In this document: one piece after another, positions 35,971-45,692 of the stretch | How the letters are laid out: each line of letters opens with the position of its first letter | Position numbering within the stretch: position 1 is the first letter of the stretch | Source: an uncultured Acidobacteriota bacterium | GTDB lineage: Bacteria; Acidobacteriota; Thermoanaerobaculia; Gp7-AA8 | Direction: 5' to 3' | NCBI GenBank assembly: GCA_937870635.1 | Contig: CALMZP010000046.1 | Coordinates: 20,832 to 84,831, forward strand | DNA length: 64,000 bases | The notes under the pieces: model-generated | Databases searched by the model: none | Seen by the model: the letters and a program-made list of their open reading frames with translations, nothing else | Told to the model about the DNA's origin: nothing | Made by a program: the position numbers and the translations under genes

Positions 35971-37773
35971 ATGCGTCGCCTGCTGGCTTTGGCGTTTCAC
36001 CTCGTGCTCGTCCTGCCCGCATACGGGCAGGAGCCTGGCACACCGCAAAGCAGCGAGGCGCTGCACATCGCCCTCGAGGTCGTGGGCGACGCACAGGCCG
36101 GCGCGGTCGCGCGCATCACCTTCCGGCTCGCGGTCCCTCAGGACGTGCCGCCCGGCGTGCCGCTGGTGATCCAGGGCTCGCTGCTTCGCGACGGGAAGGT
36201 GCACCGGAACTTCCGAATCGCGATCCCGCCGGAGCAGCGCCAGACCGCTTCGACGATCCAGACAGTGCCGGAGGGTGATCTGACGGTAGAAGCCCGGCTG
36301 CTGGTCCCCCTGGAAGAACAGTCCCCCATTCTCGTGGGCAAGACCAGCGAGACGTTCAAGATCGCGAAGACCGGAACTCCGTACGTAGCGGGCGAAGGGG
36401 AAGGAGCCGAAGCAGTCTTTGCCGAAGGCGTGATGCCCGAGTCGGCCGGCTCGGTCAAGATTCGCCCGCCGCGCCGCGATGTCGCGCCGAATCTCTTCAT
36501 CGTCGACGTCGATGTGAAGCCGCCGGTGAAGCGCGTCGAGTTCTGGGTCGAGGGCAAGCGCGTGCTCGCCCGCGGCGCTCCGCCGTACCGCGCGGAGCTC
36601 GACCTCGGCAAGATCCCGAAGCGCGTCGAAGTGCGTGCGGTCGGATACGACGCGCTGGGCCGATATGTCGATGCTGATGCGTTCGTCGTGAACGAGCGCG
36701 AAAACCAGCTGGAAGTGAAGATCACCCGCACACAGACCTCCGACGGCATCACACACTTCAAGCTCAGTGTGCAGAACCCGACCACGAACGGCATCCGCAA
36801 CGTGATCCTCTTCGCAGGCCAGAAGAAGCTGCAGGAGTGGACCCGGCCGCCGTACGCTCTGGCTGTTCAGACGGCGAGCCTGCAAGGCGTCGAGTTCGTC
36901 AGAGCGTCAGTGATCGACACGACCGGCTTCGAAGCGGCCGATCTCCTTTTTCTCGCCGGCGACCGGTACGTCGAGCAGATCGACGTTCACGTCGTCGAAC
37001 TACCGGTGAGCGTGACCGACAGCGCCGGTGCGCCGATCGTCGATCTGAAAGAGGCGAACTTCACCATTCTCGAAAACGGGAAGACGCAGAAGATCACGTC
37101 CTTCAACTTCGCATCGAATCTTCCGCTGTCTCTCGGTGTGCTGCTCGATCACTCGGGCAGTATGCAGCGGCGGATCAAGGATGCGAAGTCGGCAGCGGTC
37201 GAGTTCTTCCGCGGCATCATGAAGCCGGGCGACCGCGCGTTCTTCGCGCCGTTCGCGTTCGACAGCAGGAACATCTCGCCATTCGTCGGCGAGCCGTCTC
37301 TCGTCGAATCGCAGATCAATGCGTCACCCGATGCGCTTGGGGGAACCGCCCTCTACGACGCGATCGTGACCGGCCTCTATCGATTCCGCTCCGTGCAGGG
37401 CCGGAAGGCGATGATCATCATCACCGACGGCGAAGACACGAGCTCGAGGCTGCCGTACGAGGACATGCTGATGTACGCGCGCTCATCCCGCGTGCCCCTC
37501 CACTTCATCGGCATCGGTCTCGGGTTCGCCGATATCAGCGGCACCGCGAAGATGAAGGCGCTCGCGGCGGAGACGGGCGGCGTAGCGTATTTCCTTCGTG
37601 ACACGAAAGAGCTGGAGGAGACGTACTCGCAACTCGAGAAAGATCTGCGTACGCAGTACCTGCTCAGCTATCACACCGAGAGCACACGGACGGACACGAA
37701 ATACAGGGCCGTGGAAGTGAAGGTCGACCGGCCCGATGCCCGCGTCCGGACCATTCGCGGCTTCATCCCGTAG
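35971..37773 (+). CDS. Secreted VWA-domain protein of the VWFA-related acidobacterial type
   Basis: About 600 aa with a signal peptide (MRRLLALAFHLVLVLPAYG). C-terminal half: VTDSAGAPIVDLKEANFTILENGKTQKI...LLDHSGSM...TALYDAI...IIITDGEDTSS...LRTQYLLSY. From memory this matches the TIGR03436-type architecture. Confidence 0.8.
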   Translation: MRRLLALAFHLVLVLPAYGQEPGTPQSSEALHIALEVVGDAQAGAVARITFRLAVPQDVPPGVPLVIQGSLLRDGKVHRNFRIAIPPEQRQTASTIQTVPEGDLTVEARLLVPLEEQSPILVGKTSETFKIAKTGTPYVAGEGEGAEAVFAEGVMPESAGSVKIRPPRRDVAPNLFIVDVDVKPPVKRVEFWVEGKRVLARGAPPYRAELDLGKIPKRVEVRAVGYDALGRYVDADAFVVNERENQLEVKITRTQTSDGITHFKLSVQNPTTNGIRNVILFAGQKKLQEWTRPPYALAVQTASLQGVEFVRASVIDTTGFEAADLLFLAGDRYVEQIDVHVVELPVSVTDSAGAPIVDLKEANFTILENGKTQKITSFNFASNLPLSLGVLLDHSGSMQRRIKDAKSAAVEFFRGIMKPGDRAFFAPFAFDSRNISPFVGEPSLVESQINASPDALGGTALYDAIVTGLYRFRSVQGRKAMIIITDGEDTSSRLPYEDMLMYARSSRVPLHFIGIGLGFADISGTAKMKALAAETGGVAYFLRDTKELEETYSQLEKDLRTQYLLSYHTESTRTDTKYRAVEVKVDRPDARVRTIRGFIP

Positions 37774-37834
37774 CGGTTTGCGAAAGGGGACTACCTTCAC
37801 CGTCTGTGCGGTGCGCGTCGTCCCGGCAGCCGCG

Positions 37835-40132
37835 TCACCTCGCGATGCGCGAATAGGCGGACCGCAGCATCGTCACGCGTTTCACGTAGTTGCGCGTCTC
37901 CGGGAAGGGGATCGACTCGATGAATTCATCCATCGGCTTGTTCGGAGCGGCGCGGCGCCAGCGCGCGACGTTTCCCTGGCCGCCGTTGTAGGAAGCGACG
38001 GCGAGATACACGTTGCCGCCGAACGTGTTGATGAGAGACTTCAGATAGAACGTACCGAGGCGGATGTTGACCTCCGGGTTCTCCAGGCGTTTCTCGCCGA
38101 AGGGGATGCGAAGCCGTCCGGCAATCTCTTTTCCGGTAGGCGGCATGATCTGCATCAGACCCGTCGCCCCTACCCGGGACCTCGCCAGCGGGTTGTAATA
38201 GCTTTCCTGAAGGATGAGGCCCATCACGAGGTATGGGTCCATGTCGTTCTTTTTCGCGTTCTCTCGAATCTCGTCCTGATATTTGACTGGGTAGTACATG
38301 CTCAGAAAGTAATTCGGAACCGTATCCTGCTCGACGGTGGCCAGCTGCGGATACGCGCGGCGGACGGCCATGTACATGAGCAGGTGATTGCCGGTGCTGT
38401 TGTACAGATCCGCGAGGAGGGCGTCGCCGAAGCGCTGATTCTCGCGACGGATGTTCTTCTGGATCTCGAGACGGGCGTCGCCGAAAGCGGAGAGCGCGGT
38501 GAGCTCGTACGCGAGCCGCAGCTCGGCCGGCATTTCCTTTTCGGCGATGTCGCGCCAGTCCGGGCGATTTTCGCGCCGCAGAGGATTCGACTTCTCTTCT
38601 TCGCGCTTCGCGCCGCGCGCAACGGCGTTCATGGCATAAAGATCGGCGTAAGGGGCCGAGGCGAGGCGCTGGTAGATCGCTGCCGCCTCTTCTTTCTGGC
38701 CCTGCCGTTCGATCGTCCGCGCGTACCAGTAATCGGCCTGCCTTTTCACATTGATGGACGTGTACGTGTCAGCGATGAACCGGAACCGGGGCTTGGCTGT
38801 ATCCAGGTCTCCGCGCGTGTATGCGCCCCACGCCTCATCCCAGAAGTGTTGCAGCGCGGGGTCGGCGAGGGGCTCGAGCTCGATGACCCGGGGGATGATC
38901 TCCATCAGGTATTCGTCCTGATTCTTCTCCTCGGCGATCGAGATGATCGCTTTGAGCACGTCGATGCGCACAGTGTCCGAGAGCGGCAGCTGCAACAGGT
39001 CGCGCAGGCGTTCCGAGTGGAGGCGTTCGTACTCCTCTTTCTTCGCTTTCTTTGCGAGATCGACGAGCTCCACGACCTTTTTCACGTTTGCGTATTTCGG
39101 CTTCGAGACCGTTCGGCGCTTCTTCCCTTTGCCGACTCGAACCTTCACGGTGCCGACGCGCTTCTTCTCCATCACCGTCTTCCGGACGGTGGGGTCGATC
39201 GTGGAAGCCTGAATCCGATAGTTCTTCGCGAGATGAAAGAGCGCAGGGATCGCGTAGCGGTAGTACGTTCCGGTGAGCGGCTCGAGAACCTTGTTCGAAT
39301 CGTCGAGACGGCGGAGGTGATGCATTGCCAGGCCGCGATTGAGATCGACCGGGAGACGGAGAGCAGGCGGTGCGTCCGGCTGCAGCGCCGTGAGCTCAGC
39401 CAATGCGCTGCGTGAATCACCGTCCCGCATGAGCGACACGGCCCGCTCGAGCCGTTCGGAAGGCGTGAGAGCGAGTGGTTTCGGAGCCGGGGTTTCGGTG
39501 AGAGTGCGGAGCACCGCGATGGCATCACCCGCCTGCGGCGCGCGCGGACTGCGTATCGTGATCAGGCGCGCGGCGTCGAACATAGCGTCGAGCTCGCCGG
39601 TAATGAATCGCGCTTCGAGCTCCTGCCAGCGCGCGGTACCGGCGACCGCGGCGTTGTCCGTCCGGTTGGCTATGCCCTGATACACGGCGGCCGCGGCTCC
39701 GAAAGCACCGCTGTGCAGATGGATCCCCGCGAGGCTGAAGCCGGCGTCCGTCGCCTGGACGAATTTTGGTGTCCTCGCCCACAGGCGCGCCAGCGTGCGC
39801 CTCGCGGCAGCGACATTCCCGTCCAGCTGCTGCGCACGCGAAAGGTAGTAGAGGCGGTACTCCTCCACCGCGCGCGGCCCGAAATCGAACGAAGACAGGT
39901 GCCGGACTGCTTCGCGTCCGTCGCCGCGCTGTACCGCCTGGATGCCGGCGAGGAACGGTGTCCGTAGTTTTTCCAGATCGGGCGGCGCCTCGGGTTTGGC
40001 CGTCTCCTCGCGCTCGGCACGCCGCTTCTCACTGCGAAGAGCGAGGTATCCGCCGCCGATCAGAATTCCGATGACAACCGGCAAGCCGGCTGCGATCAGG
40101 ACCCATTTACGTCTCAGTGCCTGCACGACCAC
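37835..40132 (-). CDS. Soluble-lytic-transglycosylase-like protein (N-terminal TM anchor, helical repeat domain, C-terminal SLT domain)
   Basis: SLT motifs ILQESYYNPLARSRVGATGLMQIMP and AVASYNGGQGNVARW. Start uncertain: GTG 40132 or 40126. The track's TTG start at 40201 lies inside a REP hairpin. Confidence 0.8.
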   Translation of the reverse strand: MVVQALRRKWVLIAAGLPVVIGILIGGGYLALRSEKRRAEREETAKPEAPPDLEKLRTPFLAGIQAVQRGDGREAVRHLSSFDFGPRAVEEYRLYYLSRAQQLDGNVAAARRTLARLWARTPKFVQATDAGFSLAGIHLHSGAFGAAAAVYQGIANRTDNAAVAGTARWQELEARFITGELDAMFDAARLITIRSPRAPQAGDAIAVLRTLTETPAPKPLALTPSERLERAVSLMRDGDSRSALAELTALQPDAPPALRLPVDLNRGLAMHHLRRLDDSNKVLEPLTGTYYRYAIPALFHLAKNYRIQASTIDPTVRKTVMEKKRVGTVKVRVGKGKKRRTVSKPKYANVKKVVELVDLAKKAKKEEYERLHSERLRDLLQLPLSDTVRIDVLKAIISIAEEKNQDEYLMEIIPRVIELEPLADPALQHFWDEAWGAYTRGDLDTAKPRFRFIADTYTSINVKRQADYWYARTIERQGQKEEAAAIYQRLASAPYADLYAMNAVARGAKREEEKSNPLRRENRPDWRDIAEKEMPAELRLAYELTALSAFGDARLEIQKNIRRENQRFGDALLADLYNSTGNHLLMYMAVRRAYPQLATVEQDTVPNYFLSMYYPVKYQDEIRENAKKNDMDPYLVMGLILQESYYNPLARSRVGATGLMQIMPPTGKEIAGRLRIPFGEKRLENPEVNIRLGTFYLKSLINTFGGNVYLAVASYNGGQGNVARWRRAAPNKPMDEFIESIPFPETRNYVKRVTMLRSAYSRIAR

Positions 40133-40168
40133 GCGACCCGCCGGTGCGAACGGACTGCCAGAATGTAG

Positions 40169-40190
40169 CCGCGGGCGATCGCGCCCGCGG
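40169..40190. repeat. REP-like core hairpin
   Basis: CCGCGGGCG-ATCG-CGCCCGCGG, 8 nt downstream of the stop of the GAF-like gene. Confidence 0.8.
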
Positions 40191-40197
40191 ATCGTGA

Positions 40198-41541
40198 TCA
40201 AAGACCGAGGATATCGGGGTTCCCGTCGGCGAGAACGCGAACGAGCTCGTCGTAGAAATAGTTCGAATTCTTACGTACGTCTTCGCCGATGCGCTCGTCG
40301 TACATCTGGCGGCTCCGGTCGATGTCTTCTTTCAGACGCTCGTAAAGATCGCGGTTCTTGCGTCCCTGCTCGACTTTCGCCTCGTTGTAAAGCTTGATCT
40401 CCGACACGAGCAGCCGCGCGAAGCGACGGGCCTCATCATGCTTCTTCGATTCTTCGGTTGCAGGACTGCCGCCGCCGCCCCGCTGCAGCCCGGCGGGAGG
40501 AACGAACTGCGTGCTGGGACGTTCCACTTCACCAGGGGACTCGAACGCGCGTGCGGGCGCTGCCGGCTTTGGCGGTGCCGGCGCGACTGCCGGCGCGGCC
40601 GCAGTGACGAGGTCGCGCATGTGCGCTGCGTTGAACGCAACGGTTGCATCCTGCCGCGGTGGAGCGGCAGGCGGAGTGGGCGCGGGAGCAGGCACTGGAC
40701 GCGGCGCTGCCGCAGGGACCGGCGTCGGACGCGGTGCGGGTGCGGGCGGGTGCGCCGGTGCGGAGGTCGCTCTTGGCGCGGGAGCGGCGCCGCTCTCCTG
40801 GCTCAGCGTGGGCGAAGGGATCTTCTTCCGGATCGCCAGCGTATCGACGAGAAGGCCCGTCGTGAATACGAGAAGCTCGATCGAATTTCGATCGAGACGC
40901 TTCTCGTCCGCTTCCACGGCGTCCACGTAGATGGCGGCCGACACCTTGTCCTTGATCACCATCGGCACGAGCAGTGCGCGTGCGGGTGCTGGTACGCCGA
41001 GGCGGCTGGCGATGTTCGCACCGTCCCATTCGACGACGTGTTCCTGTTTGAGCAGCTCATCGAGTTGCGGCACCAGGCCGGGAGCCGCGTTGAAACGTTT
41101 CACGTTCTCGTCGTTTCCGCCGTGCGCGCTGAAGCCCATGCCTTTCCAGCCGCTGAAGGTCTCACCGCGAAGGATCAGCAGCGCGGCACGAGAGCCGAAC
41201 TGCACTGCCTGCTCGAGGAGACCATTGAGCACGTCGACCTGCGACTTCCCCTTCTCGACAGCCTGGACGGCACGCTTGAGGGTTCCCGCATCATTGCCCC
41301 CTGGCGCGGCGGAAGCCGCCGGCGCGGACTCTTCCAGCGCGGCGATCGCAGTGCGGATCTGCGGAAGCAGCGTCATCGACTTCACGTCTGCCTGCACGCT
41401 CTGGAGGGCGGCGGTCAGCTGCTGATCGACTGCTTCGCGAATGTCTTCGACCGATGAGCGGATCTCGCTCACCAGTTTCTCGACGGCCTCGCGTACCTGT
41501 GCGTCGATCGAGCTTGCGACTTCCTCGCCCTTCCCAGCCAT
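40198..41541 (-). CDS. Hypothetical protein: coiled-coil N-terminus, GAF-like domain, Pro/Ala-rich linker, conserved helical C-terminal domain
   Basis: 447 aa from an ATG with a GGAGG RBS. About 80 residues of PAPxP-type linker. C-terminus ARRFARLLVSEIKLYNEAKVEQGRKNRDLYERLKEDIDRSRQMY. Confidence 0.7.
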   Translation of the reverse strand: MAGKGEEVASSIDAQVREAVEKLVSEIRSSVEDIREAVDQQLTAALQSVQADVKSMTLLPQIRTAIAALEESAPAASAAPGGNDAGTLKRAVQAVEKGKSQVDVLNGLLEQAVQFGSRAALLILRGETFSGWKGMGFSAHGGNDENVKRFNAAPGLVPQLDELLKQEHVVEWDGANIASRLGVPAPARALLVPMVIKDKVSAAIYVDAVEADEKRLDRNSIELLVFTTGLLVDTLAIRKKIPSPTLSQESGAAPAPRATSAPAHPPAPAPRPTPVPAAAPRPVPAPAPTPPAAPPRQDATVAFNAAHMRDLVTAAAPAVAPAPPKPAAPARAFESPGEVERPSTQFVPPAGLQRGGGGSPATEESKKHDEARRFARLLVSEIKLYNEAKVEQGRKNRDLYERLKEDIDRSRQMYDERIGEDVRKNSNYFYDELVRVLADGNPDILGL

Positions 41542-41616
41542 AAATCCTCCGGATGCTGTAGCTTGCCCTCAGCCGGGCGATTATAGAACAAAGGTGCTGT
41601 GCTACCTTTTATACCG

Positions 41617-42207
41617 ATGCGCCGCCCGATCCTGGTCCTCGCGATCCTTTTTCCCCTTGCTTGCGCCCCGGAAACGCCCGGTCCGGATCACCAGACGGAA
41701 TGGCGCAAGGTCCTCGAGCAGAAGAAGGCCGCCTTCAGCGACACGACTCCGCAATCGAAACAGGCGTACGCCGACTCCCTCGCCGCGTTCGTACGAAAGC
41801 ACCCGAATCACAGCCGCGCGAGAGAGGTTTACCACCGCGTTCAGCTCGAATTCGCCGACGAGCTGATGGCCCTGGGCCGCCACCAGGACGCCATCCGCTT
41901 CTATCGATCGGTGCTCACTCATGACGCCACGAACCCGGTTGCGCAGCGGGGACTGACCGAGGCCGCGGAAAGGCTGGCGATCTCGCAGGAGAAGCTGGAA
42001 CAGCTCGAAAAGGGCATGTCCCACCGCCAGGTCGCCGGCATCCTCGGCAAGCCCATTCCGGGGTGGACCGTGAAGAAGCGCCACCGGGGGCTCACCGTCG
42101 AGGCCTGGTACTACCGGACGACGGCTGGCGGAATCGCCGGAGTCTATTTCCGCGACGGCCAGGTGTTCGCAGCGGAATCGAATTCGGATGCTCCGCTGGG
42201 GCTTTGA
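41617..42207 (+). CDS. Lipoprotein with TPR-like and SmpA/OmlA (BamE)-like segments
   Basis: ATG 41617 gives MRRPILVLAILFPLAC (lipobox). Later LEKGMSHRQVAGILGKP. Confidence 0.65.
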   Translation: MRRPILVLAILFPLACAPETPGPDHQTEWRKVLEQKKAAFSDTTPQSKQAYADSLAAFVRKHPNHSRAREVYHRVQLEFADELMALGRHQDAIRFYRSVLTHDATNPVAQRGLTEAAERLAISQEKLEQLEKGMSHRQVAGILGKPIPGWTVKKRHRGLTVEAWYYRTTAGGIAGVYFRDGQVFAAESNSDAPLGL

Positions 42208-42208
42208 T

Positions 42209-42316
42209 CGAAGGATGAAGGATGAAGGATGAAGGATGAAGGATGAACTCAGCACAATCATCATCCTTCTGCCTTCCTTTCTCGGGGCTTCATCCTTCAT
42301 CCTTCATCCTTTCGCG
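42209..42316. repeat. Tandem-heptamer hairpin, unit GGATGAA (5 copies) / TTCATCC (3 copies)
   Basis: Left arm 42210-42247, right arm 42289-42309. Starts 2 nt after the lipoprotein stop. Confidence 0.95.
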
Positions 42317-42380
42317 TTAGCACGAAACTCGTGTCTTACTGTGAAATCTCCCCAAAGCCCAGGCTGTTGAAGGACACGCA

Positions 42381-42665
42381 ATGCCTCTCTACGAGTACCA
42401 GTGCGTTCAATGCAGCGAGCGGGTGGAGATCCTGCAGCGGTTCTCCGATCCGCCTTACAGCCATTGCCCGAAGTGCGGCGGCGACATGAAGAAGCTGCAT
42501 TCGTCGCCCGCGATTCAGTTCAAGGGCTCGGGTTTCTACAAGACGGACTATCCGAGCTCCAGCAGTTCCGCGCGGAGCGAGTCCAAGCCGGACTCGAACC
42601 CCGATTCGAAACCAGCTGCGAAGTCCGACAGCGGTTCGTCCTCCTCGGGTTCTTCGGGCGAGTGA
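42381..42665 (+). CDS. FmdB-family zinc-ribbon protein
   Basis: MPLYEYQCVQCSERVEILQRFSDPPYSHCPKCGG, followed by a Ser/Pro/Asp-rich tail. Confidence 0.85.
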   Translation: MPLYEYQCVQCSERVEILQRFSDPPYSHCPKCGGDMKKLHSSPAIQFKGSGFYKTDYPSSSSSARSESKPDSNPDSKPAAKSDSGSSSSGSSGE

Positions 42666-43321
42666 TGGTTCACACGGAATTCGCAGCGGTTGTACCCCCG
42701 GATCTCGCCGCGCCCCGTACAATTGCTGCCGGGACCATGCAGAAGGTGGGAAAGCTCAAGCGCCGTGCGGATTCGATGCTCGAGGACGTGTTTCGCGCGC
42801 TCTTCGAGGAGATCGACACGGACAAGATCCGCGCGGAGATCGCGGCGCTGCGCGCTGCGTCTCCCGCCGATTACGACCCCGCTGAACATGCGCGCGTGCT
42901 CGCCCGCCGCACGGCAATCCGTTGCGCCGCGGCAGGTGCGGTGACAGGCATTCCGTCGATCGGAATCCTGGCGATCGGAACGCTCGGAGCAGACCTCGCA
43001 TATCTGATGTACCAGCAGTTCCGCATGATCGTCGGCATCGCGACGATCTACGGACATGAGCCGTCGTCGCGCGAGCGATTCACCGAAGCGCTGTCGTGTC
43101 TCGCCTACTCATCCAGCGTTGGCCTTGGCAAGCAGGGCCTTGCGGTGGTCAAGGGGCGATTCACGCGCCTGGTGCCGTTCGTGGGCGCGGTGTCGGGGTC
43201 TGCGCTGAACTATTTCGCCGTTCACGCCGTGGCACGAGCAGCGATCCGCTATTACGAATCCCGCGTCGATCCCGGCCTCGCCGAAGAGATCTGGGCCGAA
43301 GGGGACCGGGAGCACGCCTGA
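42665..43321 (+). CDS. EcsC-like family protein
   Basis: 219 aa from an ATG that overlaps the fmdB-type stop (TGATG). Gly/Ala-rich hydrophobic core (AAGAVTGIPSIGILAIGTLGADLAYLMYQQFRMIVGIATIYG). Confidence 0.55.
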   Translation: MVHTEFAAVVPPDLAAPRTIAAGTMQKVGKLKRRADSMLEDVFRALFEEIDTDKIRAEIAALRAASPADYDPAEHARVLARRTAIRCAAAGAVTGIPSIGILAIGTLGADLAYLMYQQFRMIVGIATIYGHEPSSRERFTEALSCLAYSSSVGLGKQGLAVVKGRFTRLVPFVGAVSGSALNYFAVHAVARAAIRYYESRVDPGLAEEIWAEGDREHA

Positions 43322-43322
43322 G

Positions 43323-43356
43323 GGACCTTGGATCTTGGACCCAAGGTCCAAGGTCC
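43323..43356. repeat. Short hairpin built from the CCTTGGA unit
   Basis: GGACCTTGGATCTTGG-ac-CCAAGGTCCAAGGTCC. Starts 2 nt after the stop at 43321. Uses the same unit as the 11179 locus. Confidence 0.9.
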
Positions 43357-43455
43357 GAGCCTCACGTCGTTCGTAGCCGAACGTACCGAAGCCATTTGTA
43401 ACCGCAAAGGCGGAATTGCCCGCCGGGGGAGGGCGTTTCCCGCCCTGAACCGACG

Positions 43456-43758
43456 ATGCCGAAATACATGATGGAGCCAACCCAGGAGCCTCGCTCCGCC
43501 TTCGTGGAGCGCCGCAGGCTGCGGCGCATCCGGATGATCGTCGAGCTCACGCACAACCTCATCAGCAGCGACATGACGGTCGCGCACCGCGAGGCTCGCT
43601 GTCTCGTCGAGTGTGCCCGCAAGGCGATCCTCGACCTGCATCCCGGATTCGAAACGCGTTACGAACGAGTGGTGCGCCCGCACTTCGAGCGCGTCCTCCG
43701 CGACCGCTGGCCGAGCGAAGAGTTGAACTTCGTGCCGGCCGCCGAAACCGTCAACTGA
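43456..43758 (+). CDS. Hypothetical protein
   Basis: 100 aa from an ATG start with GC3-rich codons; no motif recognised. Confidence 0.45.
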   Translation: MPKYMMEPTQEPRSAFVERRRLRRIRMIVELTHNLISSDMTVAHREARCLVECARKAILDLHPGFETRYERVVRPHFERVLRDRWPSEELNFVPAAETVN

Positions 43759-44620
43759 CGGGTGACGGTGGCTCCGGAGGAGGAGACGGGACCTCCGGCA
43801 TTTTCGGCGTTCCCTGAATTGCCGGGGGAGCCGGGGGAGCGGGCGGTGGATCGGGATGCTGCACGCGGACATTGCCGTTCACCGTGCTGATCTTCAGTTC
43901 GTAACGTCCGCCGTTCACCTCACCAGAAACGCGACGCCTCCCCGGATTTGAATGGATGCTGAGTGGGAATGAGGCTTCGAAGTCGCCGTTGACCTGGGAG
44001 AGGTCGCAGGTGAATGAAGCGGAGAGGGGCAGGATGGCCTGCACGCCGCCATTGACCGTCTTGAGGCGCGCGCCGCGGAAATCGTTCGCGAACGTGGCGC
44101 GGATGCGGCCGTTCACCGTCGTGGCCTGGAAATCGTCCGCGCCCTTCACCTCGGCGTCGATCGCGCCGTTCACGCTTTTCAGCTCCGCCCCGCCCGACAT
44201 TCCCCGCGTAGCGATACGACCGTTGACGGTGGTGAGCTCCAGGGCCAGACGTTCCGGCACCTGCAGCGCGTAGTCGATCTCCAGCTTCGCTCCGCTGATG
44301 AACGGGAACCGCGCGTGGACGCGCTTTCTCTCCTGAACGATGCGGAGCGTGCCGCCGTCGATCACCGTTTCGAAGTAGCCGTGATTCTCGCGTTTCGATG
44401 GTGGGATTCCGCGCGCTTTGACATCGGCCACGAGCGTGATGCGATCGGTGTCGGCCGCTTCGACGCGGAGGTCGCCGTTGACGCCCTTGACCTCGAGACG
44501 CTCGATCCCGGCCGCCTTCCACTCCCGGCGCACCGTCTCGGCATGGCGCTCGCCGGCAACGCACCCTGTCAGAAGGAGCGCCGCCCCCAGCAAATAAAAC
44601 CCCTTCCGGCGGATGTTCAT
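43751..44620 (-). CDS. DUF4097-type beta-repeat lipoprotein (putative adhesin fold) with Pro-rich tail
   Basis: ATG 44620 gives MNIRRKGFYLLGAALLLTGC (lipobox). Repeated VNG.I/VNGD strands. The long N-terminal part of the track ORF was rejected. Confidence 0.75.
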   Translation of the reverse strand: MNIRRKGFYLLGAALLLTGCVAGERHAETVRREWKAAGIERLEVKGVNGDLRVEAADTDRITLVADVKARGIPPSKRENHGYFETVIDGGTLRIVQERKRVHARFPFISGAKLEIDYALQVPERLALELTTVNGRIATRGMSGGAELKSVNGAIDAEVKGADDFQATTVNGRIRATFANDFRGARLKTVNGGVQAILPLSASFTCDLSQVNGDFEASFPLSIHSNPGRRRVSGEVNGGRYELKISTVNGNVRVQHPDPPPAPPAPPAIQGTPKMPEVPSPPPEPPSPVS

Positions 44621-44686
44621 CTGGCTCACCATGCGGAAGATACGGCCCCGCCCGCAAGGAGTTTCATCTTTCGAGTAAAAATAACT

Positions 44687-45091
44687 ATGATCGACACCTC
44701 CCAGACCACATTGCTCAGGGTCGCAGCCTTCCTGGTCGATGCACTCTCGATCTCCCTCATCCTGATTCTGCCAGCCTCCCTCGTCAGTTACGGTATGGCC
44801 TGGATCGGCGGCTCGGCGCGCGCCATCCAGATCGTCTGGTGGGTGGCCCTCGCCATCCTGGTCTTCGCCATCCTCCTCCGCGACGGCTTCCGGGGCCGTT
44901 CCCTCGGCAAGCAGATTCTCGGCCTGAAAACGGTGACCCCGGCCGGCAAGGGTTGCGGATATGTCCGCTCGATCATCCGCAACCTGCCGCTCGTGCTTCC
45001 GGGCTGGAACCTCGTCGAGCTGACCCTCGTGCTGGCCGGGCGGGCAAGGACCGGCGATCGCATCGCTCGCACTACCGTAACCGAGGAGTAG
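44687..45091 (+). CDS. RDD-family membrane protein
   Basis: 135 aa from ATG 44687. RVAAFLVDALSISLILIL ... RDGFRGRSLGKQILGLK ... GDRIARTTV. Confidence 0.75.
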   Translation: MIDTSQTTLLRVAAFLVDALSISLILILPASLVSYGMAWIGGSARAIQIVWWVALAILVFAILLRDGFRGRSLGKQILGLKTVTPAGKGCGYVRSIIRNLPLVLPGWNLVELTLVLAGRARTGDRIARTTVTEE

Positions 45092-45692
45092 GGTCGCGGG
45101 TGAAGGCCAGCCGGCGTTCGTCGAGCGATTGGCCGAACGCCGTCGTCCTCGAGACACGAACGTCGAAGAGAAAGTGGTTCGTCTCGCCGAAGTTCTCGCC
45201 GGCGAGCAGGATGTCGGGTGGATCGACGAGGCGATAGGCGACGCTGGTCGATGCGAAGGGCACCTCCACGATGAATCGCTCGCAGAGATAACGCGAGACG
45301 GTCAACGCACCCGCGAGCGTTTTCGCGGCCGTGTCCCGGTAGGCGCGGGTGAGGCCGCCCGAGCCGAGTTTCACTCCGCCGTACCATCGAACGACGACGA
45401 CGCCCACGTCGTGAAGCGAGGCGCCTTCGATCGCGGACAGGATTGGTCTGCCGGCCGTGCCCGAAGGCTCGCCTGCGTCCGAGCTGCGTTGACGCGGGAT
45501 GCCCTTGGCGAAAAGGCGGAATGCCCAGCAGTGATGCGTCGCATCGAAGTGGCGCTTCTCGACGCGCGCGAGCTCCTCGAAGAATGCATCGTCGGTAGTG
45601 ACTGGAAAGGCGATGCCGAGAAATTCGGATCTCTCGATCTTCTGGCGGAACTCCGCCGGCGCACTCAGCGTCCGGAAACTATCAGCGGACAT
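45072..45692 (-). CDS. yigZ: IMPACT/YigZ-family protein (UPF0029)
   Basis: ATG 45692. IERSEFLGIAFPV, HHCWAF, SSDAGEPSGTAGRPIL, VVVVRWYGGVKLG. Confidence 0.8.
   Translation of the reverse strand: MSADSFRTLSAPAEFRQKIERSEFLGIAFPVTTDDAFFEELARVEKRHFDATHHCWAFRLFAKGIPRQRSSDAGEPSGTAGRPILSAIEGASLHDVGVVVVRWYGGVKLGSGGLTRAYRDTAAKTLAGALTVSRYLCERFIVEVPFASTSVAYRLVDPPDILLAGENFGETNHFLFDVRVSRTTAFGQSLDERRLAFTRDPTPRLR

Noticed and set aside
43751-45157. Full 468-aa version of the DUF4097-type ORF
   Set aside because: The upstream 179 residues are low-complexity and antisense to the RDD gene. A canonical lipoprotein signal peptide begins at the internal ATG 44620.
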